Positions 39,801-53,384 are shown, counted from the stretch's first letter. The stretch: DNA of 64,000 bases from Stegostoma tigrinum (GCF_030684315.1 NC_081370.1:22698267-22762266), one strand, 5' to 3'. The notes: generated by a model not told the origin, from the letters alone. Program-made: numbers and translations.

Positions 39801-40196
39801 TGCAGACATTGCCTTCTTTCTGAGATGTGATTCCACAGATATTAGTTCCCTTTCAGTTCCTAATGCATTGTGCATGTGTGAGCCTTGTTGGCAAGAGATA
39901 TCACAATTGAGCTCAATACTATCTATTTCCATTAAGCACAAACTGATAACGTCTTCATCTGATTTCCACGATTGTGTGCTTCTAGCAGATGAAGCATTGT
40001 GCAATGAAGTCAAAGGAATATCTTCAACATTGCTGAGGAAGCAATAACTGCAATGTCACTTTAACTTCAGCCAGTACCTTCAACCATCCCAAAGGCCTGT
40101 TTTCTCTTTCTTCTTAAATTGTGATGTCCAGGTGAAGTGAAAAGATCTTATCGCAGTTCATCATTATGAGTGGAAATTGTAGGCTGCGAATTATAT

Positions 40197-40496
40197 GCGG
40201 AATGGTGGCTCAGTGGTCAGCACTGTTGCCTCACAGCGCCAGGGGCCCAGGTTTGATTCTCCCTCAAGCAACTGCCTGATTGAAGTTTGCACATTTTCCC
40301 CGTGTCTGGGTGTGTACCCTCTGGGTGCTCTGGTTTCCTCCCACAGTCCAAAGATGTGCAGGCTAGGTGGGTTGGCCAGGGAAGTGTAGGTTAGGTGCGT
40401 TTTGGGAATGGGTCTGAGTGGGATGGTCTGAGGGTCGGTGTGGACTTATTGGGTCAAAGGTCCTGTTTCCACACTGTGGGGCTTGTAGGGATCTAT
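40197..40496 (+). mobile_element. HE1-type V-SINE
   Basis: Homologous to 32009-32314 and 25433-25790. Confidence 0.85.
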
Positions 40497-41257
40497 AAAA
40501 AAGTTAGGAAAATAACATGAAATCATTATTAGAAAACATTAAGCTTCAGTTTAGAGCCTGCATCATGTGTGAGATAAAGGAAATTGAGAATTTCACAACT
40601 TTGAGGTCCAAGGAAAAAATGAAACTTTGGGATGCATTTTAATTTCAAAGCAATGAAGCAATAAGCAGGAAGAATATGGAAGGTGGCATGTTTGGAACAT
40701 AGAAGGGTAAACATCGAGAAACTATGACCCACAGTTAAAACAATTAAAATAAAGAGTAATATTGTATTTAAGATAGAGCGGGTGGAATCTAAAAATCAGA
40801 GATGGATGGCAAGAGTTCAAATGACATTTTTTTCATGTTTCATGCGCAGGAATGTAAAACAATTTATAAGTTAATGCCCAAAGCTCAGTATCCACAAGGA
40901 AAAGGAGAGTACGCAAGGAGACTAAAAGTAAATGTTCCAGTCATTGCAACAGAAAATAACATTACCACTTAGCTAGATGTATGAATGAGTGCCTGGGCCA
41001 TGATGGGACTCTGCTTGCATTCTTAGAGAAGTCAAACACATCCTAACCATTGGCAGGCATACTTGTGTCTTCATGGGAAACGGGGTGGTACGAGAAATCT
41101 GGAGGAAAGTAAATTATGTATATTGAGAAAGCCATATTAGAGAATCAGAATAACTGTAGCCCAATTGGTACAGCAATACAGGGAAAAATCTAGAATTAAT
41201 CCTTAGTATTATGATTGCGAAAAACTTCGGGAGATGGACACTAATTGGTAAGAGTTC

Positions 41258-41738
41258 TTTTGATTCTTTAATGGAATGAGGGCATCGCTGGCCAGACCAA
41301 CATTTATTGCCCATCCCTAATTTCCCAGAGAGCAGTGAAGAATCAACCACATTGCTGTGAGTCTGGAGTCACATGTAGGCCAGACAAAGTAAGGATGGCA
41401 GTTTCTTTCCCTAAAGGATATTTGTGCACCAGATGAATTTTTCCTTCTCCTGGAAATCAGCAACTATTTCATAGTTATCAATAGATTTTTAATTCCAGAT
41501 CTTTAAAATTCAATTCAAATTTGACCATCTGCCATGGTGGGATTCAAACCTAGGTTTCCAAAATATTAGAAATAATGGGAACTGCTGATGCTGGAGAATC
41601 CAAGATAACAAGGTGCTCCCAAAATGCTGCTTGGCCTGCTGGGTTCATCTAGCTCCACACTGTGTTATTTCCAAAATATTACTTAGGTCTCTGAATCAAC
41701 ACAGTCCAGCGATAATACCACCAGGCCATCGTCTCCTC
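41258..41738 (-). mobile_element. SacSINE1-like tRNA-derived SINE interrupted by a mini-PLE
   Basis: Colinear with 58046-58405 apart from an insert at 41569-41667. Confidence 0.85.
41569..41667. mobile_element. 99 bp mini-PLE (two inverted family A terminal pieces), 14 bp TSD
   Basis: 41569-41614 is the minus-strand tail end and 41615-41667 the plus-strand terminus. tttccaaaatatta at 41555-41568 and 41668-41681. Confidence 0.85.
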
Positions 41739-43139
41739 TGTTATCATGTGCTAATTAAAGGAAAATGATGCCAAATCAATTTACATACATTTTTCAGATA
41801 AGTAAACGTTGTAGCTAATGTTATGATTATAGATGCAGATTTAGTTAGACATTTAATGACATGCCTCATCAAAAACTGGTTCATAAAGTTAACAGATACA
41901 ACTGGGTGGCGGGGAAATGGAGCATATTTGTGAATATGAAGGATTTTGAGTGAAAAATCTAATCAGTGTTGTCCACCTTTTCAAAAACGGATCTAGAACA
42001 GGGTGCTTGGAACCTTGCTACAAAGATTGTGACTAACATCAAAATAGGAAGTGGTAAAACTGCAGTACATCTGCAAATTATCTTCCCACTTACTTATATT
42101 TTATCTGACTCGCTTTATTGAATTTTGTTTGATTCCACTGCCCATACCAGTGTGTGGTACTATCTACATATTTCACCAGTGAGTTTCTACATTTAGATCA
42201 TTTACGTAAATAAGAAACAGGAGTGAAGCACTGGAGATTCCTGGTCAATACCTAATCTCATCCTGCCATGGCTCATCTCAAGAGCATTTGTTATTTCTTG
42301 AGTTCCACCAATTTATTGTCGATTCCTGGAGTTTACCCTGCATTGAGTTTGACTAAACCTCTTTGGAATCCAGGTACACTGGAAAGGTTGTAGGAGAAGG
42401 TTGGCACACACAAGAAAAAAGAAAGTTAGGAGTGACTGAAGGGTGAACAATGTTAAAATCTCAACCCCAAGCACAATTCACCTCTGAATTGCCTACTTGA
42501 GACAAAATGACGGGTGGTCAGCCAACCTGCTCTCAGAACATTGCTCCCATGATAAGCAATTTAATGAGGCAGGAGGCACCTGATTTAACCTTCCTCACAG
42601 TGTTTACAGTGGCTAGCCAGAATATCTAGGCATCTAGAAAGCTGGCAACTAAAGGGGGGGACAAGAACAGCTTCAGGAAAGCACTAAATGGCTTTTGAGC
42701 ATTGTGCATGGGTCAATCAGAATGAGCAAGTGTTCATTCCCCAGCTTCCCAAATCCCACAACCTCCAACTCCCAAACCCCAGACCCCAATCCTCATACAA
42801 AGCCTTCAGAGATCAGGAGTGGCTATGACAAACAGCCGATTTACTCCTCCCCTTCAACTCACCACCATTTCTCATATTGTTGTGTTGATCTCTGACCTTA
42901 TTCAGAGTCTTCCCTATCTGATCAGAAAAAAAATGTCTGTCAATTAAGGCTGATCTATGCATTGGAACATTACAAGACCAAAACATACAAGATGAGGAAA
43001 AATTTGCTGTTTCATCCACAATTTCATCTGTATCTATGCAACCTGCACCTGTTAACATCCAGGCTAATATGTCACAGCGATCTTACAGTCGACATGAGAT
43101 GTCACTTTCTTAAACATTTGAGGAGGTTAGTGGCTTGAA

Positions 43140-44170
43140 AATCAACAAGATTTGGAGCAGGAATAGAGCACGCAGGCCCTCATTAAATTAGTTCTTGCTT
43201 ATCTGGCGGTAACCCAAACTTCAAATTTCTACCTGCCCTCTTTCACCCCTGTGTTTGTCAAGATTCCTTCTCTGTTCTTAAAAAAAAATTCAAAGACTCT
43301 TCTTCCACCACTTTGAGAAAGAGTTCCATTGACTCACGGCCCTCTGTGAGGAAAAATTATTATCGCCTCTGTTGTAACGAATGACACCTTGTTTTCAAAC
43401 AATGACCCGAGATTCTCACTCAAGAGGAAACATCTTCTACCCAGCCACCCTGCCATGACCCATCAGAATCTTTCCTATTAAGACAATTCAATCATTTGAA
43501 GTATTAGCCTGGTAAACTTTTCATCAGAACTACTTCTGATGCTTTTACAAACTTCCTTAAAAAAGGAAAACAAGATTATACACACTTTTCCAGATATGTC
43601 CCCACACTTTTAGAGATGTGTCCCTACCAATGTACTGTAGAAATAATATGTAACCTCCCCACTTCGTTATTTAATTATCCTCACTAGTTAATATCACAAT
43701 GAATTTCTGTACCTGCCTACTAAAACCCTGTTGTGATTTATGCATTCGGACATTCAGATCCTCCTTCATATTTGAGCTGTGCACTCTCTCACCTTTTGTC
43801 AAAATGGACGTTTTCGTATTTTCTCATGTTATACTTCATTTGCTAAATCCTCACTCACTGAATCAATGTATCCATATCCCTTAGTAACCTCTATATGTTA
43901 CCTTCACAACTTACTTTCTCACTTATCTTTCAGTTGTCTGCAAATTAGCAACCATATCTCTAATCCCTTCATCCAAGTCAGTTATATCACTTGCCAAATG
44001 TTCAGTCTCCAGCACGGATTCCTGTGACACAAGATTCATTACATCTTGTCAACCAGAAAATGATCTATTTATACCTGTGCTCTGTTTCCTATCAGCTAGC
44101 CAAATTTCTATCCATGCAAATATGTTACGCCTGACATCATGAGCTTTTATTTTCAGTAATTGGCTTTGAA
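43140..44170 (-). mobile_element. Decayed CR1-like LINE 3' portion
   Basis: Reverse tail (aagatttggagcaggaatagagc) and ORF2 remnants. Confidence 0.65.
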
Positions 44171-44230
44171 GGTCAGGACAAACTGCCTCTTCTCAATTTA
44201 TTTTGCATTCTAATTACCAGTTATTGTTAT

Positions 44231-44335
44231 CAGGAACAAAAAAATAATTGCTGGAAAAGATCAGCAGATCTGGCAGCATCTATGAAGGAAAAAACAGAGT
44301 TAATGTTTCGGGTCTGGTGACCGTTCCTCAGAACT
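44231..44335 (-). mobile_element. 105 bp PLE family B terminus beginning at the HHR, 12 bp TSD
   Basis: agttattgttat at 44219-44230 and 44336-44347. The minus strand begins AGTT-CTGAGGA-A-CGGTC-ACCA-GACCC-GAAAC-ATT-AACT. Confidence 0.85.
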
Positions 44336-45175
44336 AGTTATTGTTATGGCTTGTAGTCTTATCCTTCAGCCTTGGCCTTTGTGTCTGCTGATGCCTGCCT
44401 GTGTATCAAAGAGTTAAATCTTTGTGTGTTGACATACTAAGAAGTCAATCATCTGTACCCAGTACAACCATGCCACAGCATTCGAAAAAGACATATTGTG
44501 GCTACTGAATGATGGTGATATTGATGGCAATGAGGTTGGTGGTGCACTGCCTTAAGAATCCTTGATTATTCCCAATCCTATTAGATTTGGAAAAAAATCT
44601 CAGTTTCATACTGCTATTCTAGCTTCTTTGTTAGCATATAACCATTTACAGAAAGAAGACCTAAATACCCTTGATGACTTGAGGGTAGAAGACTTTTCTC
44701 AGATATTCTTGAAGTTGTTATCTACTTGATAATGGATTACAATATTGCTGTACATTGCTAACAATTTTTCCTCCACGCAATCCACATTTGTTGCCCTGTT
44801 ATTTGGTACAACCCTAATGCTTCAAGACTCGATGTTCAGAAAGTCATTCTTCCTTTGAAAGCACAAATCATGAAATATAAATCCTCAGAATTATCAGCTA
44901 AGTTATGACATATGCTGTCTTTTTGGGCAGTACAATATATACATGTTGAAGATGCAGGGAGTTCCATTTTATCAAATTATGCAACATTTAGAGGGAAGAG
45001 TCTGTTTGTGCTCAATAATTTATGATCTGCCAAGGCTGTAAAATGCTCTTAAAACATGATACTCTATACTCAGCAGATCTCACAACCTGTTTTTGTCTAA
45101 CTTGGCCACAACACTACATACTTTTCTATCTTGTATGTTTCTTTTAGACATAATCTGAGTATGCCATTCCTTTTT

Positions 45176-45310
45176 TAAAACTGCAAGAACTGAGGATGCT
45201 GTAGATCAGAAACAAAAACAGAAGTTGCTGGAAAAGCTCAGTAGGTCTGGTAGCATCTGTGAAGAGAAATCGGAGTTCATGTTTTGGGTCTGGTGATCCT
45301 TCCTCAAAAC
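45176..45310 (-). mobile_element. Short PLE family B terminus with tail
   Basis: Homologous to 9606-9744. Confidence 0.8.
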
Positions 45311-47589
45311 AATCTTTTTCTTTTTTAGAACTTGTGTTTTGTGAATGTGAATTGCCTGTACTGTTGTGTATTCAGTATTCATTGTCAGTATCAATGCAAT
45401 GTCAGGTTTTTGCATGCACTGTATATAAAAAAAATCAATAAAAATATACTTTAAGCCCTCAAATCTTAATGGGCAATCTTCTAACAATCTCCACTTGCAG
45501 ACTTGGGGACCTGACAATATACTTTGAATTTGAATTTGTTGGCATTTAGACTCAACTAGTTGACAATTGAAACTGGGCACATGCTGGGGATTATGAAGAT
45601 AAAGAATATAGTCGAAACCTGCAATAGTTTCATGGGTAACAATGCAAACTCTATCAATTCCCAAAGATTTCTCTGCACAGAATCAGTTATGAAACACTTG
45701 TAGCTCCACGATGTGGACATTATTACAATAAAGCATCAATTAACACTTGCATTTTTTAGCCTGGGATGTAAAGCATTCCCCATTGGGAAACTAACCCTTT
45801 TTTTCCAGATCAAAAGTCTTCAATTATTCACAATGAAGCAACCATTAATGATTTAATTCAGTAGAATGTGCTGATTTCGTCTGTTTTTGTGTGTGTGGGT
45901 TACGTTATTATGTAGAGATAAAATCTGCTGTGCGTGGTGATTTTAAACATTGTGGTGCACCTCGAAAGTCCTGACTTACTTGCATGTTTATCCTTTCACA
46001 ACAATGACAGGCATCAAGCACTGTAAAGGTGAGAATAATAATAGTATATATCTTTATTTATAAAATAAGTTCATAATATTAATTTCCTTTGTGTATTGAT
46101 TCATGAATAAGCCAAGCCAAAAGTTCCAGGGGCGTTACAAATATACAGAAGCGATGTTGAGTAAGAATATTTTGTAGACAGTAAATGTGTGCAATGTTTA
46201 ATTTAAATAAAAGGCTATTACAAGAGAACAAAGCAGAATAATCGACCATGGTATCTTTCCTTTTCTCTGGACACCAAAGTTTGTAAACTGAAAGGTTCTT
46301 TTTCTTTTCTCTTAAAAGATTTTTAAGATTTTCAGGAGTGAACGCATGTTCATTTGTTGTTTTTCACCAATTAACGACAATCACATTTTATAAATGGGCC
46401 ACCATAATGAATCAATTAATCATGTCAAATTGGCAAAAACTAAATTACGGTCATTAGCTTCTCAGCTTCACTTTGGATGCACTTACCACAGTTTCATTTG
46501 CAACTTTTAAGACTTGAAATATAAGCCATGGTTGGAAATTCCTGTCTAGATGTATTATTCACTAATTACAAAATGTAGAATTTCAACCCCTAATGCAATT
46601 TTAGGCCAGTTTGAATTAGAATGTCTAAAATAATGCCATCTGATAACATAAGAAGAGCAAGTGAATATATAAATGGTATTTTTTGATTTGGAATTATATA
46701 AGCTTGTTGATATGAGAGGGGTCCCATTATTTCCCTGAGAAATGTGCTGCAAAGAATTCTTCAGACTGGTAAAAGCTTTGGTGAAACCAAGATTCTCCAT
46801 TAAAGGCCCATATATCATTTGGGGCATTGCTTTTCACTCCCTGAAGCTGAATTATACGTACAGAGGCAGAAAAGCGTTGGGTGCTAAAATATTGCTGCAT
46901 TTTAGCGAAATAAACAGTTTTAAGTTACATAACAACTTTTCTCCCTTTAATATGTTACCAGGAGAAGAATTATGAAGAAGAAAGTTTTAATTAAAATGGA
47001 CCTGAACTTTAGAATGTGTGAGTAATTGCATTCCTTTTACTCTGCCATTGGGATGGATACATTTTGAACACTGCTGTAATGACTATTCAGTCATCTCTTC
47101 AATCAACATTTCAATTCAGGCTTTTTTGCGGAAATTGTCACAATTGTAGATCTCAGAAAGGATCTTCCACTCCTTTTTACTGATCAGACAGAAAGTGCTC
47201 CGTGAATCCCAATTGAAAGTGTATGATCAGGCTTATGTCAGAGAAGTGTTCGTTGTATATTTTGACAAAAGGAAACTTAAGAGATGTGGGTAGATGAGTG
47301 GTACATTTGGAACAGCACTTCTGTCTTTGTCTTTACTTTCAGGAACAGAAGAGGCAAGGAAATTGACAGGATAAACCTGGATTTCTGATAAGAATTTGAT
47401 GTTGTTTCCATCTTAATTACAGTTTTGAAGTGATAAATTCTTGCAAGAACAAGCAAGGGCTGAGGGATTGAGGGTTGAATGGTTTTAACACATACAGGAT
47501 TGAAATTAATTCAAAGAGTTTGTAAAAGAAGATTGTTGAAAAACTTCTGCATTATACTCAATTTAGTCTGCAGTACTCAGTGCTCAGAA

Positions 47590-48195
47590 CGTGGTTACCT
47601 CTAGATTGGGGAGACTAAATGTAGACTGGGCAACTGATTTTATGTTCAGTTCGCAAAAATGACCCTGAGCTTCCAGTTGCTTGCCACTTCAACACACTGC
47701 CATGTTCACTTGCAATGTGGGCTTGCTGCCATGCAGAGCAAACTGGAAGACAACATCTTATTTTCCACTTGGGGATCCAGTAGTCTTCAGGACTAAATAT
47801 TAGGTTCAATAATTTTAGTGTCTGAACATCTTCCACGCTCTTACCCAATCCCTATCTACAAAGCATCATCATTACATGGGCTACTTACACCACAGCCAAC
47901 CCACTTTCACCCACTACTGGCTCCTACTAGTAGCTTTTCATTCTTCATAGCTCACCATTATCCACTCCTTTGTTTGCCCCACTATAGTTGTGTCTCTCTC
48001 TCTCTCTGGGCTCCATCTCCACTAATTGTTTACTCCTTCCCTCCCCACCCCCTCAGTCTTCAGCATAAGTACTAACCTTTTCCTAGCCACAATCAATTCT
48101 GAAGAAGGGTCACTAGACCAGAAACATTGACTCTGCTTTCTCTGCACAGATGTTGCCAGACCTGCTGAATATCTTCAGATATTTCTGTTTTTGGT
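47590..48195 (+). mobile_element. Decayed PLE family B 3' portion: GIY-YIG remnant, 3' UTR and HHR core
   Basis: IGETKCRLGN...SVRKNDPELPVACHFN...LIFHLG...GLNIRFNNF. ctgaagaagggtcactagaccagaaacatt at 48099-48128. Confidence 0.8.
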
Positions 48196-48454
48196 ACTTT
48201 GTAAATAAAGGCAGGCAAGATCCAATGTCAAGGGCAGGAACTCTTTCAGGTTATTTCCAGTTGTATTTTTTATATTCATTCTGATGATGTGGGTAGGAGT
48301 GGCAAGGCCAGCATTTGCTACCTTTGTGAAGGTGGCGCTGAGCTGATTTCTCGAACTGATGCTGCATTGGTAGTAAAGCTGCTCCTACAATATTGTTTGC
48401 TACGTCACTTTCAGCAATCTTACCCTGTAACAGTTAAGGTGACATTATGTTTGG

Positions 48455-50345
48455 GAGCACAAGAACAAAGGAATATAGGAATAGGAGTAGGCCATTAAGC
48501 CCCTTGAGTCTGTTCCACCGTTCAATTAGATCATGATTGCTCTGTGGCCTAACTGCATACTCCTTAATATTTTGGCTTAACAGAAAATTATCTGTCTCAG
48601 ATTTAAAGTTAATAACTGATCCAGCATCCTCTGCCATTTGTGATAAAACATTCTAAACATCTGTCATTCTTTGTGCATAGAAGTGCTTCTGAAAATGTCA
48701 GGCCCTAATTCTCAGACTATGCCCCTATTTCTAGAATCCCCAACTAGTGGAAATAGTTTATCATTATCTACTCTTCTTCTTTTTTCCTGTTAATATCGTG
48801 AAGACCTTGATATGATCATCCTTTAACTATCTAAATTTTAGAGAACACAGGTCTAACTTGTACAACCTCTTCTCATTTGACAACCTATCCATTATCCCCG
48901 TTTTCTGTCATCTGTCGCTCAACTGAAATTCCCAGCCATGCCAGTTTTTTGCCCTCAATTCCTTTGTTTTTTCTAAGGAATGGGAACTAAGGCTTCTACC
49001 TTAGTTAACAATCTCTCATGTGGGTCTTTAGCAAATGCTTACTGGAAGTCCATATAAATAAGATCCATAATATTCCTCCATCCACTACCTCAGTCACCTC
49101 TTAAAAAAATTCAGTAAGGTTTGTCACACATGACCTACCTGTCATAAATCTATGCTGAGAGTACCTAATTAACTGAAAATTTTCAAGGTGTTCATTTACC
49201 CATCCTTAATAATAGATTCCAACAATTTCCCCACCATGAATTTTAATCTAACTGATGTGTATTTCCCTGGTTTTTCTCTTTTACCTTTCTTAAGTGGAAT
49301 GACGTGCAATTTTCTAATCCAGAGAGACAACAACTGTATCCATGGAACTGTGAAAGATTACCGTAAGGACATCTACAATGTCTCCCTTACTTCCTTTCAC
49401 ACCCTCCAATGGAAACCATCAGGTTCCACGGATTTGTCATTTTTTGATTCCATTTATTTCCTTATTACTGATTTTTACTTAGATTATTTTTTCAGCCCCT
49501 GTTCCTGATCCACTGTTAATTTCCAGCAAGCCATCTTCCATTTCTTTTGTAAATATTGAGGAAAGTAATTATTAAAAACAACTGTCATTTCCCTTCAGTC
49601 ATTGACAATATCCGACTTTCAATCTTTAGTAGGCCAGCATTGCTCATGGCCACCTGCTTTCCCTTTACATAACTATAAAATTTCTTCTTATTGATTTTGA
49701 TGTCCGTAATCCTTTTTAGTAACTCTTATAGGTTGCTTTGTGGTCTTTTGCTAGTCTTTGTATCTTCCCCATTCAGCAGGGTCTTTTTTTTTTGCATGTC
49801 CCAAACCTCTTTAGTTGCCCATGGCTACCTTTCCTCTGTGCTGGAGTTTTTCTTTCTTGGGGCATAAACTGGTTTTGTTTTATGTTAAATTTTTTAAAAA
49901 ACATCCTTCACAGTTCTTCAGTTGTTAAACCCATTAGCAGATTTCCCAATTTATCGAGGACTGTATCTGCATCATCTTGTTAAAGTCAGCCTTACTTAAA
50001 TCTAAAACTCTTAGAGCTGATTCATGCTTTTCACTTTCAAATGCTACGCCAAACTTGATCATGTTATAGTCACTATTTGACAATTGTTCATGCACAGTTA
50101 GTCTGGTTCATTTCAAACTACTAAATTCTGTATTGATTGTTCCCATATTAAACCCAAGACATGTTGGTCTAGGAAACTATCCCAGACATACTCCAGAGGT
50201 TCACTACCTTTTTGTCAGTTGTTTACCTCTCAATGTATGTTAAAGTTCAGGTGCCCCATTAATATTGCTCTGGCTTTGCTACACATTGGTCTAATTTCTG
50301 CATTTATTCAATCTCGCACTTAAAGACTGTCACCAGGGGATCTAC
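48455..50345 (-). mobile_element. Decayed CR1-like LINE fragments
   Basis: Reverse 3' end (aagaacaaaggaatataggaataggagtaggcc) and ORF2 remnants with KSVEPDGFH and YMDFQ*AFAK motifs. Confidence 0.7.
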
Positions 50346-50429
50346 ACACAACATATTTATTATTAGCTTTTAGACTTCTAGCTAACATTCAAAGTGCCAA
50401 ATACTCCTATACAAAATAAGAGTTTATGA

Positions 50430-50970
50430 CATAAGGAGTAATATAATAGTATGGATGAAGAATTGGTTCGCTAACAGGAAGCAGGGATTAAACCTAAATG
50501 AATCATTTTGGGTTGGTAAGATGTTTGAGTGCAGGGCCACAGGGATTAATGCTGTAACTGTTGATAATTTCTAATTACATTATGACATGGTTGAAGGAAC
50601 TGAATATATGATTCCACATTTGTTGATGACCCAAAAACAGGTAAGAAAGTGTGCTGTGAAGAGGACATGAGGAGCCTATGAGTGGGCAAAAATTTGGCTG
50701 ATCAAGTATAGTGTCCACAAATGCAACTTGACCACTTTGGCAAGAAGAATATAAAAATATTTAACAGAGAGAGATTGCAGAGTTCTAAGGTGCAGAGGGA
50801 TATAAGGCATCCTGGCACCATAATCACACAAATGTATGGCACAGGTACAATGATGCAGAAGGCAGATTGAATGGCACCATTTACTGCATTGGCATTGAGA
50901 CAAGAAAATAAGGACTCTTCGCCACTATTTTACATAGTGTTAGTGAGACTATATCCAATTTATATGTGTA
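50430..50970 (+). mobile_element. Decayed CR1-like LINE RT fragment
   Basis: Remnants WMKNWFANRKQ and ISTFVDDPK. Confidence 0.65.
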
Positions 50971-51163
50971 TTAAAATAATCCATGATTATTTCCATACCC
51001 ATCCCTCAAGACCCCATTAGTTTCTCCCATATATCCTGCTTTACAGTGTGGTTACTGTTATGGGGCCCGTATACCACTCCCATATGGACAGAATGAATGT
51101 ACAAACTGGCCATGCCACAATGGTACAGAAATTCAATGCTTAAAACATGACTAGTGCACTTTA

Positions 51164-51511
51164 GGGGAGGCAACGGCCTATTGGTATCATCACTGTATTA
51201 ATAACCTGGAGAACCAGAAAATGTTCTAAACCCATACTTGAATCCTGGCATGGCAGGTGATAGAAATCAAATTCAACAAAAATCTGGAATTAAGAGTCTA
51301 ATGATGACCACGAAGCCATTTTGAACTGCCAGGGGAAAAAAAATGGATTCATTCATGTCCATTATGGAAAGAAACTGCTCTTCTTACCTGGTCTGGCCTA
51401 CATGTGACTCCAGACACAGCAATGTGATTGACTCTCACCTGCCCACTGGGCAATTAGGGATGGGCAATTAATGTTGGCCTGGCCAGTAACACTGATATTT
51501 TGTGAATGAAT
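51164..51511 (+). mobile_element. SacSINE1-like tRNA-derived SINE
   Basis: Reverse complement of 58046-58405. Head ggggaggcaacggcctattggtat, tail tgaatgaat. Confidence 0.8.
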
Positions 51512-51714
51512 ATATTTTAAAAATTAGATATAGTAGGACATGTTATGAATCTACCAGAGTTTTCTTTTTGGAGAGGGAGGTACCCTTCTGGGAGTGGATA
51601 TCATTTTGGATAGGCCCAGGGACGTGTTTGGGAAAGGGAATGTTGAAAGTGTAAGAGGAAAAGTGGTGGGTGGTGTCATGGGTTGGCATATGTTTGGCTG
51701 TAAGCTGGTAAAGG

Positions 51715-51905
51715 TAAGGTCACCATAATCCCACTCTCTCATTACAGAGAGACAACTGGTGATGTTTTAATCTGAAGTTCCAGATATCTCAGACAAGGGG
51801 AGAGGTTGAGAATGAGAGTCTTCCACAGTAACCCTAGTGAGAATTGAACCCACGCTATTGGTGGCCACTCTCCATTACAAACCAGTCATCCAGCTACCCA
51901 GCTTC
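51715..51905 (-). mobile_element. tRNA-derived SINE remnant
   Basis: B-box-like gggttcaattc on the minus strand. Homologous to 26830-27040. Confidence 0.55.
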
Positions 51906-52589
51906 TCCTAAGGTGGTAAAAGAGCTAGAAACAGCCAAAGAGGATGTGTAGATGGGCACAGGTTGGCCACAGGTTGGCCATTGAGGGTATGGGGGTCATT
52001 GGGGAGAGGGACAAAATAGCACATGCTAGCATGTATGTACATGGGATTTGTAAGGAGGCGAATTGGCGTGTGAAGCTGAGGCCTTTTGTATTTTATTCTT
52101 TCACCAACAGCTGGGAAATGTGCTCAAGCACCAAGGGAGGACTTTCCATAACCATCCTCCGTAACCAGCAGCCTCTGAACTTTTACCAGTTGCCGTCTCC
52201 CTGACAAATATCAGAATAACCAGGATATTTTATTAGCAGGTCAGGTTTATGGAACAGGAATTCTGACTCTGAACTCCTGACTGAGAGGGAATGTTTAGAC
52301 CAAAAATTTTGACTTTGTCAGTTGCTAGTTTCCAAGAATTGCAATGTGGTCAAGTTGTAGTGGAAATCAAAGAGATGGATAAGCAAGAAGATCTTGCTGA
52401 TGAAAAACATTATTCCTTGCACTCCTACTAGCAGCCACAACCCCTCATAGAGACAATGCATGTTTTTTAGAGGATCACCTATAGGCAGGATCTATACTGG
52501 TGAGACACCACTGGCGTGTAGCCAGGGCAGATGCAGCAAAGACACATGTTATGTGAGGGTAATGTCAAACACAAGGTCTGCTACATTTG

Positions 52590-52960
52590 ACTGGCACCAC
52601 ACCCACAAACATTCACCAGTGACACATAGTGGCAGCATTATGTATCATCTACAAGATACACAGCAGCAACGTAGCAAGACTCGCCCAAGAGCACATTCCA
52701 AAACTTTGACATCAACCATCTAGAAAGACAAGGCCTACAGAAACAGGAGAACATTACCAATTGCAAGATCCCCTCCAAGCCACATACCATCCTGACTTGG
52801 AACTCTTTCTTCATTCCTTCATCATTGCTGGATCAAAACCCTGGAACTCTGGCCTAAAAGCCCTCTGGCACTGCAGCAGTTCAAGAATACAGATCACTAC
52901 CATCTTCTTCAGGGCATTGGAAATGGAAAAAAAGTTCTGGTTGAGCCAGCAATGCTCAAA
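52590..52960 (+). mobile_element. LINE 3' end, same family as 10955-11635
   Basis: Homologous to the reverse complement of 10955-11150. The tail resembles the SacSINE1-like 3' end. Confidence 0.65.
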
Positions 52961-53024
52961 TTCCAGGTTTGAATTTTCACAGTTGGATAGAGTCATTATG
53001 ACAGCAGCTGTGCTGATAGTTACT

Positions 53025-53360
53025 TTGGTCCTCCTCCCCTCTTCCAGCTCAACCTCTTCATCCTCCTCCTTCCCTCTTTCTCGTCTTCATTCTTTTTCTC
53101 CTCCTTCTGCCCCTCCATGTTGTATTCCTCTGCTCCTCATTTTCTCTTTGCTTCTCCTCCTCCCTTTCCAAATCCTGCTCCTCTCCCACTCCCTCATCCC
53201 CATCCTCCTCCTCCGTTCTCTCTTTCCATTTTCCTCTTCCACCTCCTTCTTATCTTCTTCAGCCTGTTTGCTTCTTCTTCTTTCACTCTCTCTTATTCTA
53301 CTGCTTCCTCATTTTTTACCTCTTCCTATTTCCCCCATTTCCTATTCCTCTCTGCCCACT
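53025..53360 (+). repeat. Polypyrimidine (CT-rich) low-complexity tract
   Basis: About 335 bp almost devoid of G on the plus strand. Confidence 0.9.
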
Positions 53361-53384
53361 GTATAGTTGATGGCAAGAACTAAG

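Noticed and set aside
43580-43625. ~23 bp tandem duplication (cacactttt..agat.tgtccc)
   Set aside because: Ordinary slippage duplication inside a decayed CR1.
52761-53383. 201 aa Leu/Ser/Pro-rich ORF resembling a membrane protein
   Set aside because: It runs through a LINE 3' end and a CT low-complexity tract, so it is a compositional artefact.
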